Of a DNA stretch of 64,000 nt, positions 52,058 through 64,000 are shown piece by piece. How positions within the stretch are numbered: position 1 is the stretch's first letter; each line of letters starts with the position of its first letter. A program made the translations under genes and the position numbers. The notes beneath the pieces were generated by a model. It ran no database searches, was not told the DNA's origin, and was given only the letters and a program-made list of their open reading frames with translations. Source of the DNA: Glaucostegus cemiculus (taxonomy: Eukaryota); the NCBI GenBank assembly GCA_976551045.1, contig CDPCPM010000208.1:682001-746000 (forward strand). The letters run 5' to 3'.

Positions 52058-53945
52058 TGAGGGTCAGAAGCTGCCAGCTTCCTCCTGTCTGTGTTCAGGG
52101 GCAGTCCATGCTTTTTATGACATTATACCCACGTTCTCCTTTCACTACGCCAACCTAATAACTCACCACTTTTGATGCTGTTGGCAAGAAATCCTAGTGC
52201 ACCTTAATCCTTCTGTGTTTTATTTTCTCTTGATTACTGGGCACTATTTTAAAGCCCTGGACCTAGCAGTCAGGAATTAGAATGCTGGAGTTGCCCAGCA
52301 GGTTCATCTACTAATTGATATGTTTCGATGGGAGTTCTTTGCCAAAGACGGCAGTTGTCTTTTGAGAAGACGCGTGGCCCACTGTGCATCTCCAGCACTA
52401 TCAATCTTTATTTACGATTTCCAACATGTCATTTTTCTTCTTTCTACCAAACTGTACGTATCGCCTTATTCCACTTTCCCCATCAGGTGTCCCGAGTAAT
52501 CCCTGGTATGCATGGAGGATGTGACTGAGTTGGACTATATTCCAATTCCACGGTATACCTGCTCCTGGGGGCAGAGATTTAATTATCAGTGTATTTTCAA
52601 CGCAGAAATTGTCTGATTGCATCATCTGAATTTGGCCTACACTTCGTGTGTGCTTTCTTGCTACAGCGTGTGATTTACGAAAACGCAATGTCTATATTGG
52701 CAGTTCGGTTTCTCAGTTGAGAGACTCCAGTGGAGCACAACAGGTGGGCATAAGGTCCCACAATCTATATTGTTGTTGGGGTTCCTTGTTCCCTGACCCA
52801 GTGCAAGTGTCATTTCCACCTAAGCCCCATGGCCTAAGTGTACTGCCCGTTACTGTCCCAGTTCCCAGATTGAGTATTGGGGGAGGTTGCAACTTCTCGT
52901 TTGGGAATGTGGTGGGTTTCAGGAATGGTGGTGTTGGATGGAGGGATGGTTGAATTCTATCCCTGACGGGTGGTTAGAGTGGAGGAGGAGCTGGGGAATG
53001 AAATTGGATTCCAGCACTGTGGGGTTGGGGAGTGAAGGGCGGGAGATGATGGGGATCCACCGGGGATGTTTGGAGGTGTTGGGGGGGGGGAGTCTGGGTG
53101 AATGTAGGGAGGGGATCAACAGCGGGGCTGGGCACTCGGGATTGTCGGCAGCAGGTCAGGAAGTTGGGTCGTGGGTCCGTGAGGGAAACGGGCAGAGGTG
53201 TGGTTAGTGCAAGATGGAAGGCGATGAGTGCCATGGTGGGGGGGGGGGGGGGGCTGCAGTGTGGGATTAGTGTGGTGTAGGGTGGGGTAGATGTGGGATG
53301 GGTTAGTGCGGTGTAGGGTGTGGCCAGTTGACTGGCAGCTGCGACATTTTGAAGCTAAGTATTGGCGTCTGGTGGGCCTGTTGGTCTGGCACTGTGCTGG
53401 GAGGTTTGGGTATCCCAGGAGTATCCAGTGATGGTTCTGCCCAGGGCAACATGGTCCAAGCTCCTCGACAGTGTTCTGAAAAGGACTGACCTTATGTGGA
53501 AATTGTGTCTGGCCTGAGGGTGAGACCATTTACTTGACAGATAAGAATGTTGCTCTTGTTTAAGGGGTGCTATGTTTAGGGCAGCTGAAGTTGGTCAGAT
53601 TGGGTTCACTGAGTGTGAAAACCTCATCATTTGTCCCCATTCTTCAACACCCCTGTCTCCCTGGAGGAATGTGATTGATGGGGTCATTCTGAGAGCCAGC
53701 ATAGACTGGGTGGGCTGAATGGCCTCCTTCTATGCCATAAGGAAACATGAAACATGAGGAAATACCAACTTTATATCACCTGTCTGATTAAGCCATTGGC
53801 TTTGCTCTTCCAAATGTAATTTGTTTTCCGTTGGTATTCAAGCTGCAGCCTGGACATGTAATGACATAGCAACAGTTGACTTGTTAAAATGTGGCCTCTT
53901 CTGTGCATTTGTTGACCTATAGCCTGCTGTTCATCTCTCTTCAAG

Positions 53946-54080
53946 CTTATTGAGGGTGCATCTGCAGACCAAAAGTCCAACTTGGGAATCACTGATCTCG
54001 AATACTATTTTTACCTCAACCAATCTGATTCCTACAAAGTGGAAGACATTAACGATCGGAAGGATTTTCAAGAAACTCTG
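53946..54080 (+). CDS. MYO1E: Myosin-Ie coding exon 8 ([45 protein letters not shown])
   Basis: catctctcttcaAG acceptor, 135 nt, GTGAGA donor; aligns to MYO1E LIEGASAEQK...FQETL. Confidence 0.95.
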
Positions 54081-54812
54081 GTGAGATTTTATTTTTAACT
54101 CTGTCATTCACGTCAGCAGTCTTTTGTTTAGCATTGACAACGCTGGCCCTCATTGTATCTCTGTACCCCAGAGCTTAGGCCTTGCTGTGCTCAGCAGACT
54201 GGGCAGTTACCAATTCTTTCAAGGTTTCTTTATAATATGGCCCCTTTAGTTTGCAAAGCAAGGAGTGCTGTATTTTCCAGCTTTACACAGGCAACTAGTG
54301 AAAACTAGTGAGTTCTTCTGTGCTCCAGGGGCTACTGGCATTCAATAATCCATTTTTTCAGAATGAATGAATTTCATTTCAGATTGTTTCTGTAAATACT
54401 GGAGTTGTGAAAAATCAATACCTCAAGAGATCATAAATCAGCATGTGAGCTCAGCATTTATAGAACAGAACAGTGCAGCCCAGGAACAGGCCATCTGGCA
54501 CATGATGTCTGTGCCAACCTTGATGCCAATTAAACTGCACATCTACCTGCACATGGTTTCTATTGCTCCATGTTCATGTATCTATCTAAATGCCTCTTAA
54601 ACATTGCTAGCATACCTGCTTCCATCGCTTCCCCCGGTAGCATGTTCCGGGTAATCACCCCCTCCCTGTGTGAAAAATATCCTGCCACGTTAATCTCCTT
54701 TAAACGTTCCTTGTGAAACAGCCTCGTGAGGTGTCGGTAAACTATCAGCAAGTCAGCTAGTTTTTCTGCGTGAATGCACATCAGTTAATTTGAAACAATT
54801 ATCTGCCTGCAG

Positions 54813-54945
54813 CACGCTATGAATGTGATTGGAATCTTTGCTGAAGAACAGGCCATGGTTCTACAGATAGTGGCTGGCGTGCTTCACATGGGAAATATCA
54901 CTTTCAAAGAAGTTGGCAATTATGCAGCTGTGGAAAGCGAAGAAT
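54813..54945 (+). CDS. MYO1E: Myosin-Ie coding exon 9 ([45 protein letters not shown])
   Basis: ctgcctgcAG acceptor, 133 nt, GTAAGT donor (phase 1); [13 protein letters not shown] is MYO1E-type. Confidence 0.97.
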
Positions 54946-55094
54946 GTAAGTGTCTCGTTTTGGAATTATCCTGGAGCTTGCTTTATGTAACAAGTAGAGA
55001 TGTGAACCTATACAACAGTGGAGTTGGCAATCATGGGCTCCACTCTCTCGGAAAGATACAGAAGCAATGGTAATGGTACGTTGTGCATTTGGAT

Positions 55095-56660
55095 ACCGTC
55101 TCCTATGAAGCAAGACCTGAAAATCTGGGAATACTTATGAAGACAGGCAGCATCTGTGGAAAGAGAAACAGAGTTAACGTTTGAGTTCAAAGACCCCCTC
55201 GTCAGAACTGGGAAAGATAGAAAACAAATTGGTTTTAAGTTGGAGAGAGGGTAGGGGAGGGGTGGGTAGATCAAAGGGAATATTTCTAATAGGGTGAGGT
55301 CAGGATGTGGTCAGGATAAGTTGTAGAGGTCATTTGCTTGGTGGGTTAATGCAGGCAGTTAGAGAGAGAGAGAGAAACATAGAACATAGAACATAGAAAA
55401 ACTACAGCACAATTCAGGCCCTTCGGCCCACAAAGCTGTGCCGAATATATCCCTACTCTAGAAATTACTGGGCATTCCCATAGCCCTCTATTTTACTTAT
55501 CTCCATGTACCTATCTAACAGTCTCTTGAAAGACCCCTGAAAGACAATGGAACAAAAGGTACAAAATGAGGGCAGATAGTGGGTGAAAATATAGAAAAAG
55601 GAAGATCTAAAGAGCAGAGTGTAAGATGTGCGTGGCAGGTCAAACTGTGCTGGGAGAGGGATCTGAGCCAGTCACAGAGGATGGCTGTCAGCTGAAATGG
55701 TCAGTTTTGATACAGATAGAATGCAAAAAAGGTTGTAAATTTCAGCATTGAGTTGGGGAAGTTGCAATCTGCCCAGACAGGTTTCTGAAGCTTGCCTTAG
55801 ACCCCATTGTAACAATGTAGGAGGCCACAGACAGGTCAGAGGGAGGGTTGGATGGACGGAGAATTAAAGTGACAGGTAACTTGGAGCTCTGAGTTGCCTC
55901 TGCGGACTGAGCATAGATGCTTTGCAAAGCAGTCCACCACTCTGTGCTTGGTACCTCCAGCGGAGAGGAGGCCAGATTGTGAGGACTGAATGCAGTTCAC
56001 TCGACTGGAAGAAGTGCACATGAATCGCTGCTTCACCTGGAAAGACTCTTTGGGTTCCTGGACGGTGGGAAGGGAAGAGGTAATAGGACAGTTGTTGCAT
56101 CTCCTGCAGCTGCATGGGACAGTGCATGGGAAGAAGAGGAGCAGTGGGCTGGACAGAGGAGCAGACCAGGAATTGTAGTGGGAAGGTCCCACTGAAACAC
56201 TGAAAGGGAATTTGTGTTTGGTGGTGGAATCTTGTTGAAGCTGGTGGAAATAGTGGAGAATGGTTCCATTGAATGTGGAGGCTGGTGAGACGGAAGGTGA
56301 ACTCTTTTCTTGCTCTGTCCCAGAGAAAGGTTGTGATCAGCGGTGCGGGAGATGCAGTCAAAGGCCCGGTCCACTGTGGTAGAGAGGAAGGCATGGTTCA
56401 GCAAGAAGGAGGACATTTCAGAGGCACCTGCATCGGAAGTCTTGTCAGAGCAAATATGATGGACACAGAGGAACTGGGAGAAGGGAATGCTGCCATCAGA
56501 GTAGGTGGGATGGGGGCAGCAAGTTTAGTCAAGGTAGCTGTGGGAGCCTGTAGGCTTGTAATGGATGTTTGTGGCTAACCCATCCCCTAAGGTTGAGCTG
56601 AAGCGATCTGGGAAGGGAAGGGAAGTATGGGAGATGGAGTATGTTACGGTGAGAGCAGGT
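55095..56660 (-). mobile_element. Decayed Penelope-like element: RT thumb, GIY-YIG endonuclease and terminal repeat, interrupted by a CR1 tail at about 55375-55540
   Basis: SLPFPD...TNIHYKPTGSHSYLD (RT C-terminal); CRRCNNC...FQVKQRFMCTSS...GLLSAGGTKHRVVDCFAKHLCSV...HFNSPS (PLE GIY-YIG region); hammerhead-like core at 55171-55210. Confidence 0.85.
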
Positions 56661-57384
56661 TTAGAAGGACTTGACTGGTTTTATCTGTTGAAATGTTCTG
56701 TTAGCACTGAGCCCATTTCCCCATTTGACACATCTGTATTGTTGCAGAGTGAGATAAACTTTCCACTCAGGGTCTGAAGGGGACCTCCTTCACCTGTCCC
56801 ATCCCAAGCATTGTGGAGGGACAGTACTCCAATTATAAACCGGATCCTCTCCTGCAGACGTGGAGAGGCTGGATTTCATTTTACAGCAAACTCTCACTTC
56901 TCCAGAATTTGTGTATCCGGAATTCTTGTGCAACTGGCAAAAATTTCCAAGAATGTTGAGCAACTGCTTAATAAAACAAGCAATTTTGTTTCAAATATTG
57001 TGCAAAAATAAGTGAAAAGACATTTTTAGTTTACTTACACTTGTACATTAGGGCAGTGCAGTTGTGGACTAATTAGCAACAATGTCCTGTTTGAAGATAA
57101 GGCACTTCATGAGAGGGGGAGGACAGTTATTCATTTGATTTACTTTTGCTTGTTTTACATTAATACAGTTTAGCCTTGAAATGTAGAATTGCAGTGTAAA
57201 ACATTGTTATTTAAAAGGGTAAGGATGACATACAGTTTGGCAATTTCTTTAAAGTTTTATGCAAAGAACACCAGTCTGTGATGTGTAGTAATGTCTTTTT
57301 GAGCAATTCTCGTGCCAACGGCATATTCATGCAACCCCCCCCCATTCTCCATGGATGCTGATTGACTGAGTGTGTACTGTACTT

Positions 57385-57585
57385 AAAATAAAATCAGAAA
57401 TTTCCGGGAATGCTCAGCAGGTCAGGCAGCACCTGTGGAGAAAACAGAACTTATATTTCAAGTCCATGGCCCTTCCACTGAATGGTCCTTCATGCTGTAA
57501 TCAGCTGATTCTGTCTCCATGGATACTGCTGTGTATCCCCAGCATGTTCTGTTTAATTTCAGATTTCAAGCACCTGCAGTTTTTT
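57385..57585. mobile_element. Decayed fold-back element from Penelope terminal repeats
   Basis: ctcagcaggtcaggcagcacctgtggaga at left, tctccatggatactgct...ttcagatttcaagcacctgcag at right. Confidence 0.55.
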
Positions 57586-60078
57586 TCCCTCAGATACAGT
57601 TTCATTAAGTACAGTACCCGTAGCAATAAATGGGATTCTAGGCAGCCACTGTTGAATTCTGTTCTGAATATTCCCCCTTTCCTGCAAAATATTTTGTTTC
57701 TTGATTCTTTTCTCCCGTGTGCCTTTCTGTCATGTTTCTGCGCGTGGCCATATTCTGTTCCATTTGGACAGTTTACAACTTTCCCTGACTGGAGAATTTT
57801 TCCTGGGATTTAACAGCTGCCTGTAGCAGTCTGTGTTGTGCTCTACAACATCTGTGCCCGCCAGAACTGCCAAAACCCACCAACTCCATTTTAATTTAAA
57901 CCAGAGCTGTTCACTCCAACTATATTGTGACCATTTTTGTCACAAAGACTCCAAAACCTGAAAAATTTCCGTTTGAGTTCTGAGAGCTCCTGACTGATTC
58001 CCAGAAACTTTTGTCTGTGATTGTAATTCCAGCAACATCTTGAATGGTCACTGAGGATAAGAAGGATTTAATTCGGATATAGTAGCGTAGTAGTTATGTT
58101 CGTTAGAAAGCAGCGGCCTGGACTGTTCATTCAGAAGCAAGTGTTCATATTCCACTGGTTAGCAACTTTGATTAATTAAATCTAATGGAAAGATAAATGA
58201 AGTAATGGTGACCATGGAGCTATTGGATTGTTGTACAAATCGATCTGGTTCACTAATGTTGTTCTGCAGTCCAGCCTTTCAGTGAATCTAAACCCAGAGC
58301 AATGTTGCTGAAGTGTAACTGCCCTCTGAAGTGGCCATTGGTTCATTAGTTTCACAGGTACCGAGACAGAGTGAAGAGCTTTTGTTTGCGTGCCATCCAG
58401 ATAGGTCATTCTGTACGTAAGTACATCGAGGTAGTACAAGAGGATAAAAAAACAGAACGTAGTGTCCCAGTCACCGAGGAAGTGCTGTGCAGGCAGACAC
58501 ATGGCCCAATTAGCTATTTAGTTCAGTTTAACAGTATTTAGGGATGGGCAATAACTTTGCCAGCAGTTCCCACATCTGGTGAATGAATAAAGGGAAAAGC
58601 ATACCCAAAGGGTTAACATCCTTTAGTTCACATTCCCCTCCTACCTGAAGTACAGTAGCCCAAGTGTGAGTGGGTGTCCAGTGGTGTTTCTTCGAGCCTT
58701 CATGGACATCCCACAGTAGGCTGGCATGTTCTCGGCCAATCAGTGCCACTCCTGGGTGACGCTGTGCGACTGGAGAGGAGAGCAAGAGCCTCGCATGGTG
58801 CCATGGCCAACACTGGGATGTATGTATGCCGAGTGCCCAGCATCTGCCTAATTCCCGTCCCGTTAATTGGAGAGGGATTAAGATCAAGCAGCTCCTGAAA
58901 TGGGCTAAGGGTGCAATTATCCGGATTATTCACCAGGTGGTGAATGTACAAGTGACTCCACCGAGTGGAGCATCAACATGTAGACTTGCCAGATCTATGT
59001 GATGCATTCCCTGGAAGAGCTGGGGCGAAGTGGCCCTTCACCATGTAGAGGCTGAACGGAGCGTGACACCGGGGGCCCATAGAGCAGTGTTCTGGACAGG
59101 TTTTAACCCTCAGCTGCTATCACTACAGCAGATTATCTGTTTGTTATCACGTTGGTGGTTTACGGGAGCTTGTGTGTGAATTGGCTGTTGCGTATTTTGC
59201 ATTGTAATTGTGACCACACTTATATGGCTTCAATGCACTCTGAAGTATCATAAAGTGATATGAAATGTTGTATAAATGAAAATTCTTTCTCTTACTGTCC
59301 ATAAAAATGTTTTAATGCGGAACACCAGCAACACACCTCTACATTCGGTTTAATACAACTGTACTTAATTCTTAAGTGGCAACAATCCAAATTGAGCTCC
59401 TGTAATCCATTAATGAGCACATTGTAAATTTCTCCCTTTATAACAATGAAGTGGTGTGGTTCAGGGCAATGGTGTTACGGCTGAAGGAAACCTGATGCTT
59501 TAATTAAGTTCCTCCACATGTGAAAGTTAGGAATTCTGAAGGAACAGAGTTCCTGCTTTGATTCTGAAGGAATTAGAACAGAATTCCTATTCTAATCCTT
59601 CTGGGCAGGAATTGGCAAACTCTCACCTTAAATATTGTCTCAAGAGAGCTTGCTAAACAATATCATTGTAAATCAAGCCCTTGTATTTCTGTATAAAGTT
59701 GTCAGTCTTGTAACATTCCCCATAATTATGGTCAATGAATAAAGCAGCATGAAAGTTCTGCATCAACTTGTAAAATGTATTTTAGCATTTTATCTAACAT
59801 ACGTTGAACTTTGGTGCATTCGTCCATTAAAGAGTGAGTTGTTCTAAAGCCCAGCCTCCCTCATTTAGGAAGCTGTTAGACAGACACATGAATATGGAGG
59901 GATATGGATCATGTGCAGACAGAAGAGATTTAGTCTAATTTGGCATCGTGTTTGATGCAGACATTTTGGGCCAAAGGGCCTGTTCCTGTGTTGTACTGTT
60001 CTACACTCTGTGTTCTATGTACATCAACTGAGCAAGGTTCCCTAGCTGAGGTAATAAATAACTCTTTTCACTTGACAG

Positions 60079-60275
60079 TCCTGGCTTTCCCAGCATTCCT
60101 ACTTGGTATTAACCAGGAGCGACTGAAGGAAAAACTGACCAGCAGGAAAATGGACAGCAAGTGGGGAGGGAAGTCCGAAACCATTAATGTGACGTTAAAC
60201 GTGGAGCAAGCCTGCTATACCAGGGACGCACTTTCCAAAGCTCTTCATGCGCGTCTCTTTGACTATTTGGTCGAT
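60079..60275 (+). CDS. MYO1E: Myosin-Ie coding exon 10 ([65 protein letters not shown])
   Basis: cttgacAG acceptor, 197 nt, GTAAGT donor; contains the TEDS-site loop and RDALxKAL motif. Confidence 0.97.
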
Positions 60276-60579
60276 GTAAGTACTTCCAGTGGACAGCCGT
60301 GAGCAGAGGTAATGACCTGGATGGATCTATGAAATGAATGGAACTGCCTTGGGACATCTGTGTTCCCAGTCGGAGAGGCTGTGGAGGCAAAGGGATCTTT
60401 TGAAGTGACGGTTCACCATTGAGTAGCAAACATTTCTTTTCGAAAGGCTAGTTCAAGTCTACTGATGTCACTGGCATACATAGACAGGGTATAAGTGCCA
60501 TGAAAATTAGCTTTTCACAGCAGCAGCACAGCACATTACAAGACAAGGACAAACATAAGTTAACACAAATTAACATAAA

Positions 60580-61010
60580 TGAGTTATAGGGAGAGGCTGG
60601 CCAGGCTGGGTCTTTATTCCATGGAATGTAGGAGAATGAGGGGCAACCTTATGGAGGTTTATAAAATCATGAGGGGCATAGATAAGGTCTTTTCCCCAGG
60701 GTAGGGGAGTCCAAAACCAGGGGGCATAGGTTTAGGGTGAGAGGGGAAAGATTTAAAAGGGACCTGAGAGGCAACTTTTTCACGCAGAGGGTGGTGAGTG
60801 TATGGAACGAGCTGCCAGAGGAAGTGGCTGAGGCAGGTACAACAGGGTCATTTAAGAAGCACTTGGATAGGTACATGGAGGGGTTGGGCTTGGAGGGATG
60901 TGGGCCGAATGCAGGAAATTGGGACGAGCTGGGTGGGCACCGTGGACCGGTGAGGCCAAGGGGCCTGTATCCGTGCTGTATTGCTCTCTGACTGTCACTC
61001 TGTGACTCTA
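60580..61010 (+). mobile_element. CR1 LINE 3' fragment
   Basis: ORF 60737-60991 RGERFKRDLRGNFFTQRVVSVWNELPEEV and CR1 3' tail. Confidence 0.85.
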
Positions 61011-61429
61011 AATTATACATAACCTACACATACGCAAAATGCACTAGAAAATAAAGATAATGACGCTAGTGCAAGACTGAAAGAATAAAATATAGTAGCA
61101 GATGTGAACTACTAACAGATGTGAGTGTAGTTGGTTTGCAAAGTCCCAGGAGAAGAATTTTAAACAAAGGGCACTCCCCCACCCTTTGCCCCTACCCCAA
61201 CGTTCTTTATAACTGATTGCCGTGGACTAATTGAAGAGTTTTATATTTTTGTTTCCACCCGCCACTTCATTGCAGATGTTCATTTGCCACATGTGGTCCA
61301 TTGTTGCAGTCACAAAGTGACTTTGTTTGACAGCGGTTTAACACAAACACTTACTCCTTTCACTAAATGAATCCAAGCACCAAGTTCCCCATTGACGCAG
61401 AATTTAAAAAAAACCCTTGTTAGAAGCAA

Positions 61430-61478
61430 AGAGGAGTCTGCTACACAATAATGTAGAGGAGTCTGCTACACAATAATG
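61430..61478. repeat. Tandem duplication of a 25-bp unit (AGAGGAGTCTGCTACACAATAATG[T])
   Basis: Two adjacent copies visible. Confidence 0.9.
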
Positions 61479-63262
61479 GGCCAGCAGAACACCTGCAACT
61501 AAACATCAATTTAATTGTGAATGTGATGTTTTCAGGCTTTTAAGTTGATCTGTGATCCAGTACTTTGGGAGCATTACTGCTGGTGGAAACAGATAAATAA
61601 GGTATTACTTAAAAATGGGCAAAAACTTTCTTCTAAACTCCTTTGCTCAAGAACAAGCTTCAGTATCTAAATCTTAGTTCTGGTCGACGTGGGAGGTTTT
61701 CGACACCTTCTTACCGATGGAGGATCTCCAGGACCATTCAACGTGGAGTCCTGCTCATTAGGGGTTCTGGGGCCTGCTCTGATTGCTCCTCCTCTAACTC
61801 ATGGCCACTGAACCTAACCGTTTCCCACTCCACTTTCCTCCTCCCAGCAGTGGCACCAGCTAATTTAGGCCAACCCCTAGGACGGGCTCTGTAACACCTG
61901 ATGGTGCCTGACCATCAGGGGAGATCCCCTTTCCTCTGAGGCTGCTGAATGTGTAGGTTATTTTGTAGAGTCTCTTTGTATGAGGAGAAGATCTAGTCAT
62001 TCCTACTTCACTGTATGTCTCTCCGGCATTGGGTGTAGCAAACAAAGGTAGAAATCATGCCTCCTCTACTGAAAGCATTTTAATTGAATCTGCACAGAAG
62101 ATGGTAACACTGCAGCAAAGAGTGAACACTTGTTCCCCTCTCAAAGCCTTCAGAGCTCAGACAGTAAATGGCCTGTTGGTTCACACAGACTAGAAAGGTT
62201 TTCAGTTTTGATTCCAGGCACCAGCGTTGTGCATTAGCTGATCTGTGCTTGGATGACAGCGGAACACAGTACTTCTGTTCTTAGAGGGAGGAGCAATCAG
62301 TCAGGATGCTGTTTCCTTCTGTTGTCCAAATCCCACACATCCCAGCCCCGTGCCCCTCCCACGTTGTCCCTTCCCCCACCTTAGGTAACATGTTGTGCTT
62401 GGCCTCACAGCCCCAGACTCGAGTTTCATCCTGACCCCGTTGTGTGTGTGGAGTTTGTTCCTTCTCCCTGTGACTCTGTGGGTGTTCTGGTTTCCTCCTG
62501 CATCCCAAATAGCTGGATTAACTGGTTACTGTGAATCACCCCCCAGCATAGGTAGGTGGCATAAGAATTAAAAACAGGAGCTGAAAAGTAAGTGGGAGAG
62601 AATATCACAGAGAACGAGAAAGGGACAAATGGAATTGCTGTTCTAGGAGTTGGCTTAAACCCAGTTAGCTGAATGGCCCCTTTCCATGTCATAATATGTA
62701 AGGAAGTAATCAGAGATGTTCTTTAACAGGTCGGTGTGCTGGAGCTTCACGCATGAGCTGCCATGCATGCAGTTATGTAAATGGATGGGTTGGGCACCTT
62801 ACACTTCAGGGTACTTGTAGAATTCAACAGCAAAGGGGAGAGTAAATGAGTGGGAGAAACGGGACCAGCGTTACCGGTACTGATTGCTTACCCATGTTTT
62901 GTGTGCATTAATTAACATGCTGATATAATCCCATTCCCCATCAGCTTTAATTCACTGAATCCTTGTCGAGTTTCCATTATGTTGACCATTTCAAACAAAA
63001 ATATGCTCATCTTTCAAGAGATTGACTAAAGGTTTACTTACCTATTTACATTTTAATGGCTTCCACTGACTAGATTCTTTTAAAGCCTTTATTAAAATCT
63101 GCATTTGAAATTGACAAATTTAATATTCTTTTACCCTATTAATGGAGGTATTTTGTTTGTATTCAACATTGGACTGAGGTGTCACACACCAGAGTTGTAC
63201 CGAGGGCAGGACAGCTTTTCCACAGCTCAGGTACCAATGTGTTGTTTTATTCTTCCTTCTAG

Positions 63263-63403
<141 letters not shown>

Positions 63404-63677
63404 TGAAAGTTTAAGTGTCAAATACAATATTTAAAATAGACCCGCAATAAATAATTTTAGAATAATTTAAGAGTGATTCAGTGCAGCCATATATGAAGTA
63501 ATTACTTCTGTTAGATTTTTGTAAATATTGGTGTTCCGTCTTTAAGACTATAATGGTATTTAATAGGTACATTTGCAGCACATTATTGAAAGGCAGTGAG
63601 TGACCAGCTCCAACGAGCCGAAGTCTGCCTTCTCTTGACATTTGGTGGCACTGCTGTTACAGAGTCTGCTATAGTCA

Positions 63678-64000
63678 ACATATAGAACCATAGAACAATA
63701 CAGCACAAAACAGGCCCTTCGGCCCACTAAGTTGTGCCATCCTTCAAACGTCTCACAATCTAACTCTTTCCTCCCACATATCCTACTATTCCACATTCTT
63801 CCATGTGCCTATCTAACAATCTCTTGAACCTGTCCAACGTATCTGCCTCTACCACCACCCCAGGCAGCGCATTCCATGTGTCAAACATTCTCTGAGTGAA
63901 AAACTTCCCTCTGACATCTCCCCTAAACTTTCCACCCAATATCTTAAAGCCATGCCCTCTTGTCTTGTGCATCTGCGCTCTGGGAAAGAGGCGCTGGCTG
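63678..64000 (-). mobile_element. CR1 LINE 3' end, runs off the window
   Basis: ORF 63760-63972 and tail very similar to 35808-36438. Confidence 0.9.

Noticed and set aside
59566-59601. Imperfect palindrome GAAGGAATTAGAA...TTCTAATCCTTC with nearby direct repeats
   Set aside because: Looks like a small repair or template-switch scar; too short to support a function.

Overview
Eukaryotic, intron-rich vertebrate DNA. The repeat content (V-domain/HE1-type SINEs, CR1/HER1-type LINE tails, Deu-domain SINEs, Penelope-like elements) suggests a cartilaginous fish (shark or ray); that is an inference. The window holds ten consecutive + strand coding exons (exons 2-11 by human numbering; 1185 nt, 395 codons) of unconventional myosin-Ie (MYO1E). 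They splice in frame and cover the N-terminal motor domain from [10 protein letters not shown] through the P-loop (GESGAGKT), switch I (NNNSSRFGK) and switch II (DIYGFE). The ATG-only first exon is not confidently located, and the gene continues past the right edge. The 10.5-kb intron after exon 2 is a minor-spliceosome (U12-type, GT-AG) intron. The rest is intronic DNA dense in retroelement fragments (CR1, Rex1/Babar, RTE, Penelope, several SINE families), two MITEs, a 44-bp minisatellite and a 188-nt assembly gap. The more unusual observations are: Penelope terminal repeats and derived fold-back elements carrying degenerate minimal hammerhead ribozyme cores; two V-SINE subfamilies with the same head but different LINE-derived tails; and repeated tandem reiteration of flanking target sequence at the 5' junctions of Rex1-type insertions. 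Most ORFs in the track are spurious or TE-derived. Repeat boundaries are estimated by eye; exon boundaries were checked base by base.
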